DNA of 64,000 nucleotides from Gracilibacteraceae bacterium (GCA_031266805.1 JAISAH010000084.1:4952-68951), one strand, 5' to 3'. Positions 8,717-19,571 are shown, numbered from the stretch's first letter. Notes: generated by a model from the sequence alone, not told the origin. Numbers and translations are program-made.

Positions 8717-9807
8717 TCCGGGCCCCGCCCGGAATCCACGCACCCCTTGTCGGTCTGGGCTATACTGGCGGCCGCCCGCAAAAACGCCCCGGTTTCCTCC
8801 GGCGTCCCGGCGCTGACGCGCAGGCACGAGCCCAGTCCCGGCAAACCCTCCAGCAGCCGCACGGCAAACCCGCGGGCGCGCAGGGCCTCGCTCCACCCGG
8901 CCGCGTCCCCGGGCCGAAAAAGGACGAAATTCGCCCGCGTCGGCCAGACTTTCAGGCCGGGCAGCGCCTTGAGCCCCAGATATAGCCTCTCCGTTTCCGC
9001 CCGCAGCAGGGCGACCTGCTCCTCATAGGCCGCCGCCCGCCGGAGGACCGCCAGACCGGCCTTTTGGGTGAAAGAGTTCACGTTGAAGGTCTGCCGCGCC
9101 CGGTTCAGCATGGCCACCGCCGCCGCCGGCCCGCAAATATAACCGAGCCGCAGGCCCGCCATGCCGAACGCCTTGGAAAACGTTTTCATTATAAGTAAAT
9201 TTTGGTATTTATGGATAAAAGGGAGCATGGAGGCCTCCGCCCCGGCAAACTCGCCGTAAGCCTCATCCGCCACCACCAGCGCCCCGCTTTCCCGGAGCAG
9301 GCGCTCTATCTCCTCCCGGGGAAACAAGGCCCCGGTCGGGTTGTTCGGGTTGCAGACGATTATGACCGCCACCGGGTTTTCCCGGCAGAGAGCGAGCATT
9401 TTATCCAGATCCAGCGCCTGCCCCTCCGCAGCCAGCGGCGCCTCTAAGAGCGGCGTCTCGGTCACGGCGGCCGAGATCGCGTAAACGCCGAAAGTCGGCG
9501 GCTGGATGAGCAGGGCCCGCCCCGGGCCGCCGAAAGTCTGCAAGACGAGAGCAATCAACTCGTCCAAACCGTTGCCCGCGATGATCTCCTCCCGCCGCAA
9601 ACCGAAGCGCGCCGCCAAAGCCTCGCGCAGCGCGATGGCCCCGCCGTCCGGATAGCGGTTCGGCTCCAGACCGGCCGCGATCTCCGCCGCCAGGCCCTCC
9701 GGCCAGGGAAACGGGTTCTCGTTGGCGTCCAGCTTGATTCCGCCGCCCGCGCCCGGGCTGTACGGCTTCAGGGTCCGTATATTCGGCCGCAGCCGTTCAG
9801 TTAGCAT
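8713..9807 (-). CDS. hisC: Histidinol-phosphate aminotransferase
   Basis: 364 aa class-II aminotransferase with PLP-lysine context (MKTFSKAFGMAGLRLGY), in his operon position. Confidence 0.9.
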   Translation of the reverse strand: MLTERLRPNIRTLKPYSPGAGGGIKLDANENPFPWPEGLAAEIAAGLEPNRYPDGGAIALREALAARFGLRREEIIAGNGLDELIALVLQTFGGPGRALLIQPPTFGVYAISAAVTETPLLEAPLAAEGQALDLDKMLALCRENPVAVIIVCNPNNPTGALFPREEIERLLRESGALVVADEAYGEFAGAEASMLPFIHKYQNLLIMKTFSKAFGMAGLRLGYICGPAAAVAMLNRARQTFNVNSFTQKAGLAVLRRAAAYEEQVALLRAETERLYLGLKALPGLKVWPTRANFVLFRPGDAAGWSEALRARGFAVRLLEGLPGLGSCLRVSAGTPEETGAFLRAAASIAQTDKGCVDSGRGPE

Positions 9808-11087
9808 CGCGCTCCCCTCCTCCGTTCCACGGCCCTAGCGTGCGCCTCCAGTCCCTCGCTCCGCGCCAGCAGGGCGATCTGGCCCTCGGCGGCTTGCAGG
9901 GCTTCCGGCGAGTAATGCAGGACGCTGATTTTTTTCAGAAAAGTATCCACGTCCAATACGGAGTGAAAACGCGCCGTTCCGCCGGTCGGCAAAATATGAT
10001 CAGGCCCGGCAAAATAATCCCCAACCGGTTCCGGCGTGTGCGCGCCGAGAAAAACCGCTCCGGCGCTCCGCACCCGCCCCAGCCAGACGAAAGGGTCCGC
10101 CACGGCCAGCTCCAGGTGTTCCGGCGCGAGGGCGTTGACCAGATCCAGGCACTGGGCGAGCGAATCGGCCCAGATCAGGGCGCCGTTATCCTCCCAGGAA
10201 CGGCGGGCGATATTTTCCCGCGGCAGCCCGGTCAGCTGCGTTTCCACTTCCGCCGCCACCGCCCGCAGCAAGGGGAGGCGCGGCGAAATGCAGACGGCGC
10301 AGGCGCGGGCGTCATGCTCGGCCTGGGCCAGGAGGTCGGCGGCCAAAAAGGCCGGATCGCCCGTTTCATCGGCCAGAATGACGATCTCGCTCGGACCGGC
10401 CAGCATGTCGATATCCACGCGCCCGTAGACCTGTTTTTTGGCCTGGGTCACATATACGTTGCCCGGCCCCGTTATTTTATCCACCGGGGCGACGGCCGGC
10501 GTGCCAAAAGCGAGGGCGGCTATGGCCTGCGCCCCGCCGATCTTGTAGATTTCCGCCACGCCGCATTCCCGCGCGGCCACAAGCACTTCCGCGCTCAGCG
10601 TCCCGTCCCGCCGCGGCGGCGAAGTCATGACGACGCGCGCCACTCCGGCCACGGCCGCCGGCACGGCGTTCATCAGCACCGACGAGGGATACGACGCCTG
10701 GCCGCCGGGCACATAGATCCCCACGCTCTCAAGCGGGCGGACGAGCTGCCCGAGCATGGCGCCGCCGGCCGCCGGTTCCAGCCAGGAAACGCGCTTTTGT
10801 TTTTCATGGTAAGAGCGGATATTCTTCAGCGCCGCGCGCAAGGCGGCCAGCCATTCCTCCGTTACCGCGGCGTAGGCCCGCGCGGTTTCCTCCTCCGTCA
10901 CGCGTAGACCGGTTTTCCGCAGATCGGCCCCGTCGAAAAGCGCGGTCAGCTCGTAGAGCGCCTCGTCTTTTTGCGCAGCCACGCGGGCCAGAATACCGGC
11001 GACCGTCTCCGCCACCTCAGCCTCGTCCGCATAGGCCCCCCGCATCGCCGCCGGGTCCCAGTCGGCGAGTCTGACGATCTCCTTCAT
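9801..11087 (-). CDS. hisD: Histidinol dehydrogenase
   Basis: 428 aa with ...[16 protein letters not shown]...GPGNVYV...AGPSE...QAEHD... Confidence 0.95.
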   Translation of the reverse strand: MKEIVRLADWDPAAMRGAYADEAEVAETVAGILARVAAQKDEALYELTALFDGADLRKTGLRVTEEETARAYAAVTEEWLAALRAALKNIRSYHEKQKRVSWLEPAAGGAMLGQLVRPLESVGIYVPGGQASYPSSVLMNAVPAAVAGVARVVMTSPPRRDGTLSAEVLVAARECGVAEIYKIGGAQAIAALAFGTPAVAPVDKITGPGNVYVTQAKKQVYGRVDIDMLAGPSEIVILADETGDPAFLAADLLAQAEHDARACAVCISPRLPLLRAVAAEVETQLTGLPRENIARRSWEDNGALIWADSLAQCLDLVNALAPEHLELAVADPFVWLGRVRSAGAVFLGAHTPEPVGDYFAGPDHILPTGGTARFHSVLDVDTFLKKISVLHYSPEALQAAEGQIALLARSEGLEAHARAVERRRGARC

Positions 11088-11770
11088 CCCGCTTTCACCT
11101 CCGTCTCGGGGCCGCCCAGCTGCTCACGCAGGCCGTCGCTCAGGGCGCGGATCGCGTCAAACCGCAGGCGGTACGTCACCCGATTGGCGATCAGCCGGGT
11201 CGTGGCCTCGAAAATCGGCGCTATTTCCACCAGCCGGTTTTCTTTCAGCGTGGCCCCCGAAGAAACGATGTCCACGATCATCTCCGCCAGCCCCACCTTC
11301 GGCGCCAGCTCGATATTGCCGTGCAGCTTGATGGTCGTCACCTGCATCCCCTGTTCGTTAAAAAACAGCCTGGCGACCCGGGGGAATTTTGTGGCGACGC
11401 GCATCCGGTTGAACGCTTTCAGATCATAGCTTCCGTCAGGCCGGCGCGGCGGCAGCGATTCTTCCGGCGCCGCCACCATAAAACGGCAGGCCCCGAATTT
11501 CAGATCCAGCAATTCCGCCACATCCCGGTTCTGCTCCACGATGGTGTCTTTTCCCACAAATCCGGCGTCGGCCGCCCCGTATTCCACATAAGTCGGGATA
11601 TCCGTCGGCCGGCAAATGATGAGCCGCGTCCGGCGCGCCGGGAAATCGAATGTCAGCCGGCGCGATTCCCGCGCCACGCCGGCGCAGGGGATACCGCATC
11701 CCTGCAGCAGCTCCAGCGACCGCGCCAGCAGTTTACCCTTGGGCAAGGCTATCGTCAATATTTCTTTCAT
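11084..11770 (-). CDS. hisG: ATP phosphoribosyltransferase, short (HisG-S) form
   Basis: 228 aa: [14 protein letters not shown]...[22 protein letters not shown]...[12 protein letters not shown]. No C-terminal regulatory domain. Confidence 0.9.
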   Translation of the reverse strand: MKEILTIALPKGKLLARSLELLQGCGIPCAGVARESRRLTFDFPARRTRLIICRPTDIPTYVEYGAADAGFVGKDTIVEQNRDVAELLDLKFGACRFMVAAPEESLPPRRPDGSYDLKAFNRMRVATKFPRVARLFFNEQGMQVTTIKLHGNIELAPKVGLAEMIVDIVSSGATLKENRLVEIAPIFEATTRLIANRVTYRLRFDAIRALSDGLREQLGGPETEVKAG

Positions 11771-11824
11771 AACCGCCTCTCTCCTGACAGCGCTTCCCGC
11801 CGCGGATGATCAATGTATGCGCTA

Positions 11825-11853
11825 AGTATAACTCATTGCCGCGCATTATTCAA
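11825..11853 (-). promoter_or_regulatory. Candidate sigma-A promoter of the his operon
   Basis: On the minus strand: TTGAAT, 17 nt, TATACT. The leader to the hisG ATG is only about 50 nt. Confidence 0.45.
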
Positions 11854-11889
11854 GACGCCGATAATTACATTTATTTCCTGCCGGGCGGC

Positions 11890-11918
11890 TTGACAATATC
11901 AGTAAAATAATGTAGACT
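11890..11918 (+). promoter_or_regulatory. Candidate sigma-A promoter of leuA
   Basis: TTGACA, 17 nt, TAGACT, about 50 nt upstream of the leuA ATG. Confidence 0.5.
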
Positions 11919-11970
11919 GAACGATAATTTAATAGAGCGTTTAGACGCTTGGCGAAAGGATAACACAGCC

Positions 11971-13659
11971 ATGAAAAATCACCAAAAATACCGCCGGGGT
12001 TATTTCATGCCCCCGGTGAACGCATACAGGTGGGCGCGGGAAGAATATATCACGCGGGCGCCGGCTTGGTGCAGCGTCGATTTGCGCGACGGCAATCAGG
12101 CTCTGGTCGTGCCGATGAGCCTAGCGGAAAAACTGGAGTTTTTCAGCTTCCTCGTCCGTCTCGGCTTCAAGGAGATCGAAGTGGGTTTTCCGGCCTCTTC
12201 CGACACGGAGTACGCCTTTCTGCGCGCGCTGATCGAGCGGGATCTGATCCCGGCGGACGTGACCGTGCAGGTGCTGACCCAGTCGCGGGAGCATATCATA
12301 GATAAAACTTTTGCCGCTCTGCGCGGCGTAAAAAAAGCCGTCGTCCATCTTTACAACTCCACTTCCCTCGCCCAGCGGGAACAGGTTTTCCAAAAACCGC
12401 GGGCGGAAATAACCGAGATCGCCGTTAGCGGCGCCCGTCTTCTGGCGGAGTACGCGCGGCAAACGCCGGGGGAATTCCGTTTTGAGTATTCGCCCGAGAG
12501 TTTTACGGGGACGGAGATGGAATACGCGCTGGAGATCTGCAACGCCGTGCTGGACATCTGGCGGCCGGCGGCGGACAGCCCGGTCATCATCAATCTGCCC
12601 GTGACCGTTTCCATGTCGCTGCCGCATGTTTACGCTTCCCAGATCGAGTTTATGAGCGATAATATGAAATACCGCCCCCACGTCGTCCTCTCCCAGCATC
12701 CGCATAACGACCGCGGCTGCGCTGTGGCGGACACGGAACTCGGGCTGCTGGCCGGCGCGCAGCGGGTGGAGGGCACGCTGTTCGGCAACGGGGAGCGCAC
12801 GGGCAACGTCGATATTGTGACTTTGGCCCTGAATATGTACGCTCACGGCGTCGATCCCCTCCTCGATCTGGAAAACATGCCGGAAGTCGTCGCCATGTAT
12901 GAAAAACTGACGGGGATGCGCGTGTACGAACGCCAGCCCTACGGCGGCAAGCTGGTGTTCGCCGCTTTTTCCGGCTCGCATCAGGACGCCATCGCCAAGG
13001 GGATGAAATGGCATGAGGAGCATTTGACCGAGCATTGGGCCGTGCCCTATCTGCCCATCGACCCCCAGGACATCGGCCGGGAATACGAAGGCGACGTGAT
13101 CCGCATCAACAGCCAGTCAGGCAAAGGCGGCGTCGCTTATGTGCTGGAGCAGCAGTTCGGTCTGGAACTGCCCGCCAAACTGCGCGAGGAACTGGGCTAT
13201 CTGGTCAAGGGCGTCTCCGACCGGGAACGCCGCGAACTCTTGCCGCAGGATGTTTATGATATTTTCCGGGCGGAATATATAAATCTGGAAGAACCCGTCC
13301 GCGCCGCCGATTACCAATTCCAGCGCAACGATCACATGCGCGCGCGGCTGGAACTGGAACGGCAGGGGGAAAAACTGGCGGGCGAGGGCAGCGGCAACGG
13401 GCGGTTTGACGCCATAAGCAACGCCGTGCAGTCTTTGCTGGGCATCCGCTATACGGATCTGACCTATAAGGAACACGCGCTGGGCGAAGGCTCCACGGCC
13501 CAGGCCATCGCCTATGTGAGCGTCCGGGACGAAGACGGGCGAACCTACTGGGGCGCCGGCGTACACACGGATATCATGGCGGCGTCCGTCAACGCGCTGA
13601 TTAGCGCCGTCAACCGTAAATTGCGGGAGGGAACGAGAGAGTTGAGAGTTGAGAATTGA
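11971..13659 (+). CDS. leuA: 2-isopropylmalate synthase (long, LeuA type 2)
   Basis: 562 aa: ...WCSVDLRDGNQALVVPMS...EVGFPASS...HPHNDRGCAVA...GNGERTGNVD..., with a C-terminal LeuA dimerisation/regulatory domain. Confidence 0.92.
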   Translation: MKNHQKYRRGYFMPPVNAYRWAREEYITRAPAWCSVDLRDGNQALVVPMSLAEKLEFFSFLVRLGFKEIEVGFPASSDTEYAFLRALIERDLIPADVTVQVLTQSREHIIDKTFAALRGVKKAVVHLYNSTSLAQREQVFQKPRAEITEIAVSGARLLAEYARQTPGEFRFEYSPESFTGTEMEYALEICNAVLDIWRPAADSPVIINLPVTVSMSLPHVYASQIEFMSDNMKYRPHVVLSQHPHNDRGCAVADTELGLLAGAQRVEGTLFGNGERTGNVDIVTLALNMYAHGVDPLLDLENMPEVVAMYEKLTGMRVYERQPYGGKLVFAAFSGSHQDAIAKGMKWHEEHLTEHWAVPYLPIDPQDIGREYEGDVIRINSQSGKGGVAYVLEQQFGLELPAKLREELGYLVKGVSDRERRELLPQDVYDIFRAEYINLEEPVRAADYQFQRNDHMRARLELERQGEKLAGEGSGNGRFDAISNAVQSLLGIRYTDLTYKEHALGEGSTAQAIAYVSVRDEDGRTYWGAGVHTDIMAASVNALISAVNRKLREGTRELRVEN

Positions 13660-13671
13660 GAGAGGCGAGTT

Positions 13672-13695
13672 GGGCAAGGAGTAATTCCCTTGCCC
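13672..13695. terminator. Hairpin between convergent leuA and the dehydrogenase gene
   Basis: GGGCAAGG-8 nt loop-CCTTGCCC. No clear T-run on either strand. Confidence 0.3.
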
Positions 13696-13724
13696 CACGA
13701 GGACTTCTGGTTTGGTTCAACCGC

Positions 13725-15248
13725 TTATAAGCTTCCGCCAACTGATCCTTCCCAGGAATCAATTTGAGTGGCTTTTTTATCATCTTCGTTAAACCAGTGC
13801 GTGGTAACGACCTTGGTTTCAGTGAAGAAGCTAACCCCATCTTTACCGAGGCAATGAAGATCGCCAAAAAATGAGTCTTTGTGTCCTGAGAAAGGAAAAA
13901 TGCCGACCGGAACAGGGATTCCGACATTGATTCCTACAAGACCGCCATCTGTTCGGCGAACGAATTCTCGGGCGTAAAGGCCGTTCTGAGTGTAGATGAC
14001 AGAGCCGTTGGCGAAAGGGTTGCGGTTCATCATAGCTAACCCCTCTTCGAAATCGCGGCAGCGTTTAACACAAAGCACCGGGCCAAAAATCTCTTCTTGT
14101 CCCACGCTCATTTCCTCAGTTACATGATCAAAAATTGTTGGGCCCAGATAAAAACCGTTTTCAAAACCAGGGACAATAATGTTTCGCCCATCCAGAACGA
14201 GTTCCGCGCCTTCAGCGACGCCTTTCGCGATCCAGTCGCATACCCGAGCTTTATGAGCGGCGTCTACCACAGGACCCAATTCGGTAGTTTGTTCATAAGC
14301 CGGCCCGATTTTAAGTGCCTGCGCATATTCTTTGATGAGAGTAACCAGTTTGTCAGCGACGCTTTCCTGAGCAACGACGACTGGCAAGGCCATGCAGCGT
14401 TCGCCGGCGCACCCATACGCAGCGTTAATAATCCCGCGGGCGGTTCGTTCCAATGGCGTATCTTCCAGCACCAAGGCATGATTCTTGGCTTCGGTTTGCG
14501 CTTGTACCCGTTTCCCGTGGGCGGCGGCGATACCATAGATGTGTTTGCCAACGGCAGTGGTTCCCACAAAACAGATTCCCTTGACGCTGGGATGAGTAAG
14601 GAAAATCTCTGATTCGCGCCGGCTGCAAGTAACAATATTCAGTACTCCATCTGGTAAACCGGCTTCCTGCCACAGTTCAGCCAGACGCAGCGCTGTGAGC
14701 GGGGTTTTGGACGCCGCTTTTATGACTATCGTGTTACCGGTGCCAATGCAAAGCGGAGTCATCCAACCCATAGGAATCATACCCGGGAAGTTAAAGGGGG
14801 CGATGCCCGCGAAAACCCCCAGCGGTTCCCGATAAGAGACCGAATCATAACCTGAGGACGTATCCATCATGCTCTCGCCCATAATTAAAGAAGGCAGACC
14901 GCAGACCAGTTCGACGGGTTCTTTTACTTTGGCCAGATCGCCGGCTGCTTCCGACCAGCATTTTCCATGTTCGCGCGCGCATAATTCCGTCAGCTCGTCA
15001 AAATGTTCATTAAGGAGTTCCCTAAACTTATACATAATCTGAACTCGTTTCATAACCGGAACATCACGCCAGCCCGGAAAGGCTTTTTTCGCGCAAGCGA
15101 TGGCAAATTCTACTTCTTCAACGGAGCAGCTGGGAATTTCCGCCTGCTTATCGCCAGTACTCGGATTATACACCGGCGTATATTGTCCGGTTTTTGATTC
15201 CAGCCATTGACCTCCAGCCAAAAATTTCATGCGCTTCAACTCGCTCAT
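13725..15248 (-). CDS. CoA-acylating methylmalonate/malonate-semialdehyde dehydrogenase-like aldehyde dehydrogenase
   Basis: MSELKRMKFLAGGQW...NPSTG...FPGW..., GAIAPFNFPGMIP, catalytic-Cys context CMALPVVV, and the MmsA-type tail FPFSGHKDSFFGD. GAGGAGG lies 9 nt before the ATG at 15248. The ORF-track TTG start lies in the RBS. Confidence 0.85.
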   Translation of the reverse strand: MSELKRMKFLAGGQWLESKTGQYTPVYNPSTGDKQAEIPSCSVEEVEFAIACAKKAFPGWRDVPVMKRVQIMYKFRELLNEHFDELTELCAREHGKCWSEAAGDLAKVKEPVELVCGLPSLIMGESMMDTSSGYDSVSYREPLGVFAGIAPFNFPGMIPMGWMTPLCIGTGNTIVIKAASKTPLTALRLAELWQEAGLPDGVLNIVTCSRRESEIFLTHPSVKGICFVGTTAVGKHIYGIAAAHGKRVQAQTEAKNHALVLEDTPLERTARGIINAAYGCAGERCMALPVVVAQESVADKLVTLIKEYAQALKIGPAYEQTTELGPVVDAAHKARVCDWIAKGVAEGAELVLDGRNIIVPGFENGFYLGPTIFDHVTEEMSVGQEEIFGPVLCVKRCRDFEEGLAMMNRNPFANGSVIYTQNGLYAREFVRRTDGGLVGINVGIPVPVGIFPFSGHKDSFFGDLHCLGKDGVSFFTETKVVTTHWFNEDDKKATQIDSWEGSVGGSL

Positions 15249-15268
15249 CTGCTTTAACCTCCTCAATT

Positions 15269-16471
15269 TTATAAGCTTTCAAACGCCATAGACATACCCA
15301 GACCACCGGCGGCGCAAATTGTTCCCAACCCTAACCGCGAATTGCGTTTGCGCATTTCATGGATAAGAGTACAACAAATCCGCAGACCGGAACACCCAAT
15401 TGGATGACCCAAAGCGATTGCTCCGCCGTTTACATTCACTTTTTCCGGCTCAAGGTTTAATTCACGAATACAGGCTAGTGCCTGCGCCGCGAAGGCTTCG
15501 TTGATCTCTATCAATTCAAAATCCGACAAGTCAATCCCCTGAGACGAGAGAAGTTTTTTCATCAAAAGTTTAGTCGAGGCTACCGGCCCGATGCCCATGA
15601 CACGTGGATCAACGCCGGCAGCGCAGCCAGCGATAAGGCGAGCCAGCGGGCGTAAATGGTATTGTTTGGCTTTTTCTGGTGTCATGAGCAGAGCCGCCGC
15701 CGCTCCGTCATTGCGACCGGAAGCGTTTCCGGCAGTCGTCACTCCCCCGTTAAAAATCGACTTCAATTTTTTCATTTTTTCCAGATCCACGTCTCGCTTC
15801 GGGTATTCATCGGTATTGAAAAGCTTGGATTCCCCTTTGATTTGCGGTATAGTAACCGGAATAATCTCCGTCTCAAAGCGGCCGCTGTCGGTTGCCAAAA
15901 CAGCCTTTTTTTGACTGCAAAGGGAAAACTCATCGCACTCTTCGCGGCTAATCTGGTATAATTCCGCTATTCGATCGGCAGTTTGGATCATATTAAAAGA
16001 GCCATAAACTGAAACAGGCTGACTGCGGGGCTGACTCTCAGTATTAGGATCCAAAAATTCACAATTCCCATTGCCGATCCCAAAACGAGCGTTGCGGAGA
16101 TAAAACGAAGCAGTACTCATGCTCTCTACGCCGCCAACTAATACTATTTCCGAATACCCGCATTGAATTTGCTGCTGGGCGGAAAGCAAGGCTTGCATAC
16201 TGGAGGCACACTGGCGATGCACCGTAAAGGCGGGCGTATCTTCGGGCAATCCGGCCAATAAAGCTGACAGCCGGGCAATATTCGGCTGATCCGAACTCTG
16301 TTTGGCTTGACCGGCAATTACTTCATCGACAGTGTGCGGCGCCAGATTCGTTCTCTGCATTATTGCTGTGAAAGCTGCCGCCAGCAGGGTTTCCGGCTGA
16401 ACATTTTTCAAAGAGCCACCGATTGTACCGATAGGAGTTCGGACAAAATCAACTATTACCGCTTCATTCAT
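15269..16471 (-). CDS. Acetyl-CoA C-acyl/acetyltransferase (thiolase)
   Basis: 400 aa: [11 protein letters not shown]..., [40 protein letters not shown]. Confidence 0.92.
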   Translation of the reverse strand: MNEAVIVDFVRTPIGTIGGSLKNVQPETLLAAAFTAIMQRTNLAPHTVDEVIAGQAKQSSDQPNIARLSALLAGLPEDTPAFTVHRQCASSMQALLSAQQQIQCGYSEIVLVGGVESMSTASFYLRNARFGIGNGNCEFLDPNTESQPRSQPVSVYGSFNMIQTADRIAELYQISREECDEFSLCSQKKAVLATDSGRFETEIIPVTIPQIKGESKLFNTDEYPKRDVDLEKMKKLKSIFNGGVTTAGNASGRNDGAAAALLMTPEKAKQYHLRPLARLIAGCAAGVDPRVMGIGPVASTKLLMKKLLSSQGIDLSDFELIEINEAFAAQALACIRELNLEPEKVNVNGGAIALGHPIGCSGLRICCTLIHEMRKRNSRLGLGTICAAGGLGMSMAFESL

Positions 16472-16500
16472 TATTTTGCCTCAATTCATTAGTTATACGG

Positions 16501-17169
16501 TTAAGGAAGCATGGTTTCCAATTTAGCTGCGCATAAGAATTCCAGTTCCGTAGTTTGTCTGATTTGCTCGATCGTGGCGTCTGCAGCTATTTTCCTTAGG
16601 ATATAATGACCGTCTTCATAGAAAAAGACGCCCATTTCTGTAACGACGATATCGGCTTCTGTGAATCCGGTGACGGGCAGTGAACACTCCCTAACCAACT
16701 TGCTTTTACCGTTATTGGCATGAGTCATGGCGATCACGACTTGTTTGGCCCCCGCAACCAAATCCATAGCGCCGCCGACGCCAAGCTGCTTGCCGCCGGG
16801 TATGATCCAGTTGGCTATATTACCGTGTTGGTCCACTTGAAACGCACCCAACACGGTGGCGTCCACCCGACCGCTGCGGATTAGGCCAAAGGCCTCGGCG
16901 CTGTCCAGATAAACACAGCCTGGTGTTTCGCGTACCAGTTGACGGCTGGCGTTAATCAACTGAGGATGAGCTTCCTCTGGCGTTGCTGATTTTCCTGTCC
17001 CAATCATGCCGTTCTCCGTCATAACGAATATATTCTCATTCGTTACATAATCAGCGACCAGTGTCGGAATGCCAACCCCAAGGTTCATAACAAAGGTATC
17101 ACTAACCTCATTGAAGAGAGCGGCCGCATTTCTGGCAATCCTCGCCGGAACCTCAGCGGGTTGAGTCAT
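16501..17169 (-). CDS. 3-oxoacid CoA-transferase subunit B
   Basis: 222 aa: ...NLGVGIPTLV...MTENGMIG...GGAMDLV...; ATGA-type overlap with subunit A. Confidence 0.88.
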   Translation of the reverse strand: MTQPAEVPARIARNAAALFNEVSDTFVMNLGVGIPTLVADYVTNENIFVMTENGMIGTGKSATPEEAHPQLINASRQLVRETPGCVYLDSAEAFGLIRSGRVDATVLGAFQVDQHGNIANWIIPGGKQLGVGGAMDLVAGAKQVVIAMTHANNGKSKLVRECSLPVTGFTEADIVVTEMGVFFYEDGHYILRKIAADATIEQIRQTTELEFLCAAKLETMLP

Positions 17170-17828
17170 GCGTGTTCCTCCTTGACAATAGCGTTCACAT
17201 AGACATGGGGCGTTACAATTACCTCCGGGTCAAGGGCGCCCAACTCCACGATTTCTTGAACCTGCGCAATAGTGTATGAAGCGGCGGCGGCCATCAGCGG
17301 GTTAAAATTGCGCGCGGTTTTGCAATAAACCAGATTGCCAAGCGGATCAGCGACGCGGGCTTCAATAAGAGCAACATCAGCTCTAAGCGCTTCTTCCAGC
17401 ACATAGGTTCGCTGGTTGAATATCCTTGTTTCTTTGTCTTTGCCCAGTTCCGTGCCGGCTGAGGCTAAAGTATAGTAAGCCGGTATGCCCGCGCCTGCGG
17501 ATCGGATGGACTCACTGAAGGTGCCCTGCGGCATAAGTTTGACTTGAATGGCTCCCTCGTTATAAGCTTTTATTGCTTCGGGATTCCAATTATAAAAACT
17601 GCCGATCAGGGAACTAACTTGACCGCCGTTTAGTAACAACCCCAAGCCTTCGCGCGGCGATCCCAGATCATTAGAAATAATAGTTAAACCCATGCGCCCT
17701 GACTCAACCAGAGCTTGCACCAAAGCAAACGGTGTGCCGCTGCGACCAAAACCGCCCACCATGACGGTCTGGTTGTCTCTAATATTAGCAACGGCTTGCG
17801 CCGCGCTCATTATTTTGCTTTTCCGCAT
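17166..17828 (-). CDS. 3-oxoacid CoA-transferase subunit A
   Basis: 220 aa: ...VMVGGFG.SGTP...; typical AtoD/ScoA/PcaI family architecture. Confidence 0.88.
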   Translation of the reverse strand: MRKSKIMSAAQAVANIRDNQTVMVGGFGRSGTPFALVQALVESGRMGLTIISNDLGSPREGLGLLLNGGQVSSLIGSFYNWNPEAIKAYNEGAIQVKLMPQGTFSESIRSAGAGIPAYYTLASAGTELGKDKETRIFNQRTYVLEEALRADVALIEARVADPLGNLVYCKTARNFNPLMAAAASYTIAQVQEIVELGALDPEVIVTPHVYVNAIVKEEHA

Positions 17829-17838
17829 GACTATTTCC

Positions 17839-19494
17839 TTATTTTGGCTGAGGGATAGGGGTTTCTACGTCTGTTATGGCCTCAATCAGCGCGGGCTTGC
17901 TTGAGGCGAAGGCAGATTGTAACGCGGCGGCCACTTCTTGGGCTTCAGTAACTCTTTGCGCGTAAAAACCCATTTCCGCCGCTATTTTCGTGAAATTGAC
18001 GGGAGTGAATTCATACCGGCGGGCACATTGTTCAGAATCGGTGAATACGGTCTGCAAATCAGGAACGCATTGACCGAGCGCGTTATTGTTGTTGACGATG
18101 GTAACGGTGCGAATGCCATATCTGGCGGCGGTCTCCATTTCGCTGAGGTGATAATAAAAACCGCCGTCGCCTGTGAAACAAAGAACCGGTCTGTCAGGAG
18201 CGCCGCATTTTACCCCTAGGGAAGCAGGGAAAGCCCAGCCTAGGGTTCCCGCGGAGCGCAAATATTTTTGGGTCGTTTTTAGTCGCATCATCGTCGCCGT
18301 CCAAATAGCGGAATATCCGGTATCCGAAACGATGACCGCGTTGTCTGGCAATACTCTGCCAATCTCGGCGCACAATCTGTCCGGTCTTAATTTGGGAGAT
18401 ATTGCCAGAAACCTTTTTTCATAATCGCGGCAAGTTTCTTGGTAATAAGTGCGCAAGACCGTACACCATTCCGCCCGGTCTTGGGCAGGAATCAATTCTG
18501 TCAATTGCCGGGCTACTGTTCCGGCGTCTCCCAGCAGGGCGATTGTATTCGGGTAATTACGCCCCAGTTCACTGGGCTCAATATCAACCTGGATTATTTT
18601 TGTGCCGGGCAAAGGGCATTGCCAATTAAGAGTAGTTTGATCCGATATCTGGCTGCCAAAATAAATCACAAGATCAGCTTCCGCAATAGCGCGGTTTGCG
18701 CAATTCATACCATAGTCGCCGCAGATCCCGATCCAAAGTTCATGATTTTCATCGACTGCTGTTTTTCCGTCAGGGGTCGCCGCCATCGGTATGCTCGCCT
18801 TGACGGCTAAATCCTTGATGGCGCCGCCGGCTTCAGAAATAAGGACGCCTCGGCCAATCACCAAAATCGGCTTCCGAGCTGTCGCGAGCGCAGATGAAGC
18901 TTCAATCAGGCTGGCCTCATCCGCGCCGGGTCTAAAGGCCGGACAGCGCTTATACATAGGATCAATCAATAAATCTTCAGGGACTGCCGCTTTTTCTGTG
19001 GTTCGCCCCATCCGGTTGGGAATATCCAAGTGGACCGGACGGGGTTTCCCAGTCGTCGCGGCGCGAAAGCACTGCCGAATCAGGTATGGCAGTTGCTCCG
19101 GCGTATCGACGCAAGCATTGAATTTAGTGATGGCCTCAAAAAATAAACGGTGATCTGATTCCTGATAGGCATTTCGATGCTGCTGAAACGGGAGTTTCTT
19201 TCCTGTCATGACGATGACCGGCGAGCAGGCGAGGTAGGCGTCCATGATCGCCCCTGCCATATTAGCCGCGCCAACAGATTGAGCCAGACATATCCCCGGC
19301 TTGCCGGTTATTCGCGCATATCCGTCAGCCATATAGCCCGCCCCGGCCTCGCTGTGCGCAAGGATCGGCGTTATCCCTAAATTTTCCATTTCTCGAAGGG
19401 ACAGGCGCAGCATGGCCTCCATGTGAAAAACATGGGAAACATCATATTCTTTTAACATATTGGCTAGGTATTCATAAGCGAAAAGCTGTTGCAT
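17839..19494 (-). CDS. Thiamine-diphosphate-dependent enzyme of the acetolactate-synthase/oxalyl-CoA-decarboxylase/diketone-hydrolase superfamily
   Basis: 551 aa with N-terminal Pyr domain (HSEAGAGYMADGYAR) and C-terminal PP domain (GDGGFYYHLSEMETAARYGI...VNNN). The specific reaction cannot be assigned by eye. Confidence 0.85.
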   Translation of the reverse strand: MQQLFAYEYLANMLKEYDVSHVFHMEAMLRLSLREMENLGITPILAHSEAGAGYMADGYARITGKPGICLAQSVGAANMAGAIMDAYLACSPVIVMTGKKLPFQQHRNAYQESDHRLFFEAITKFNACVDTPEQLPYLIRQCFRAATTGKPRPVHLDIPNRMGRTTEKAAVPEDLLIDPMYKRCPAFRPGADEASLIEASSALATARKPILVIGRGVLISEAGGAIKDLAVKASIPMAATPDGKTAVDENHELWIGICGDYGMNCANRAIAEADLVIYFGSQISDQTTLNWQCPLPGTKIIQVDIEPSELGRNYPNTIALLGDAGTVARQLTELIPAQDRAEWCTVLRTYYQETCRDYEKRFLAISPKLRPDRLCAEIGRVLPDNAVIVSDTGYSAIWTATMMRLKTTQKYLRSAGTLGWAFPASLGVKCGAPDRPVLCFTGDGGFYYHLSEMETAARYGIRTVTIVNNNNALGQCVPDLQTVFTDSEQCARRYEFTPVNFTKIAAEMGFYAQRVTEAQEVAAALQSAFASSKPALIEAITDVETPIPQPK

Positions 19495-19571
19495 TTAGCC
19501 TCCTGTTCTGATATAATTTTTTTTAACAATACTGGTTTTGCGGCGGGTGACAGAATGGAAAGGCGCACGGA

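Noticed and set aside
13637-13664. Four tandem heptamers (GAGAGTT GAGAGTT GAGAATT GAGAGAG) spanning the leuA stop codon
   Set aside because: They are real in the sequence, but most simply explained as slippage creating a short RELRVEN tail on LeuA. I see no evidence for a functional role.
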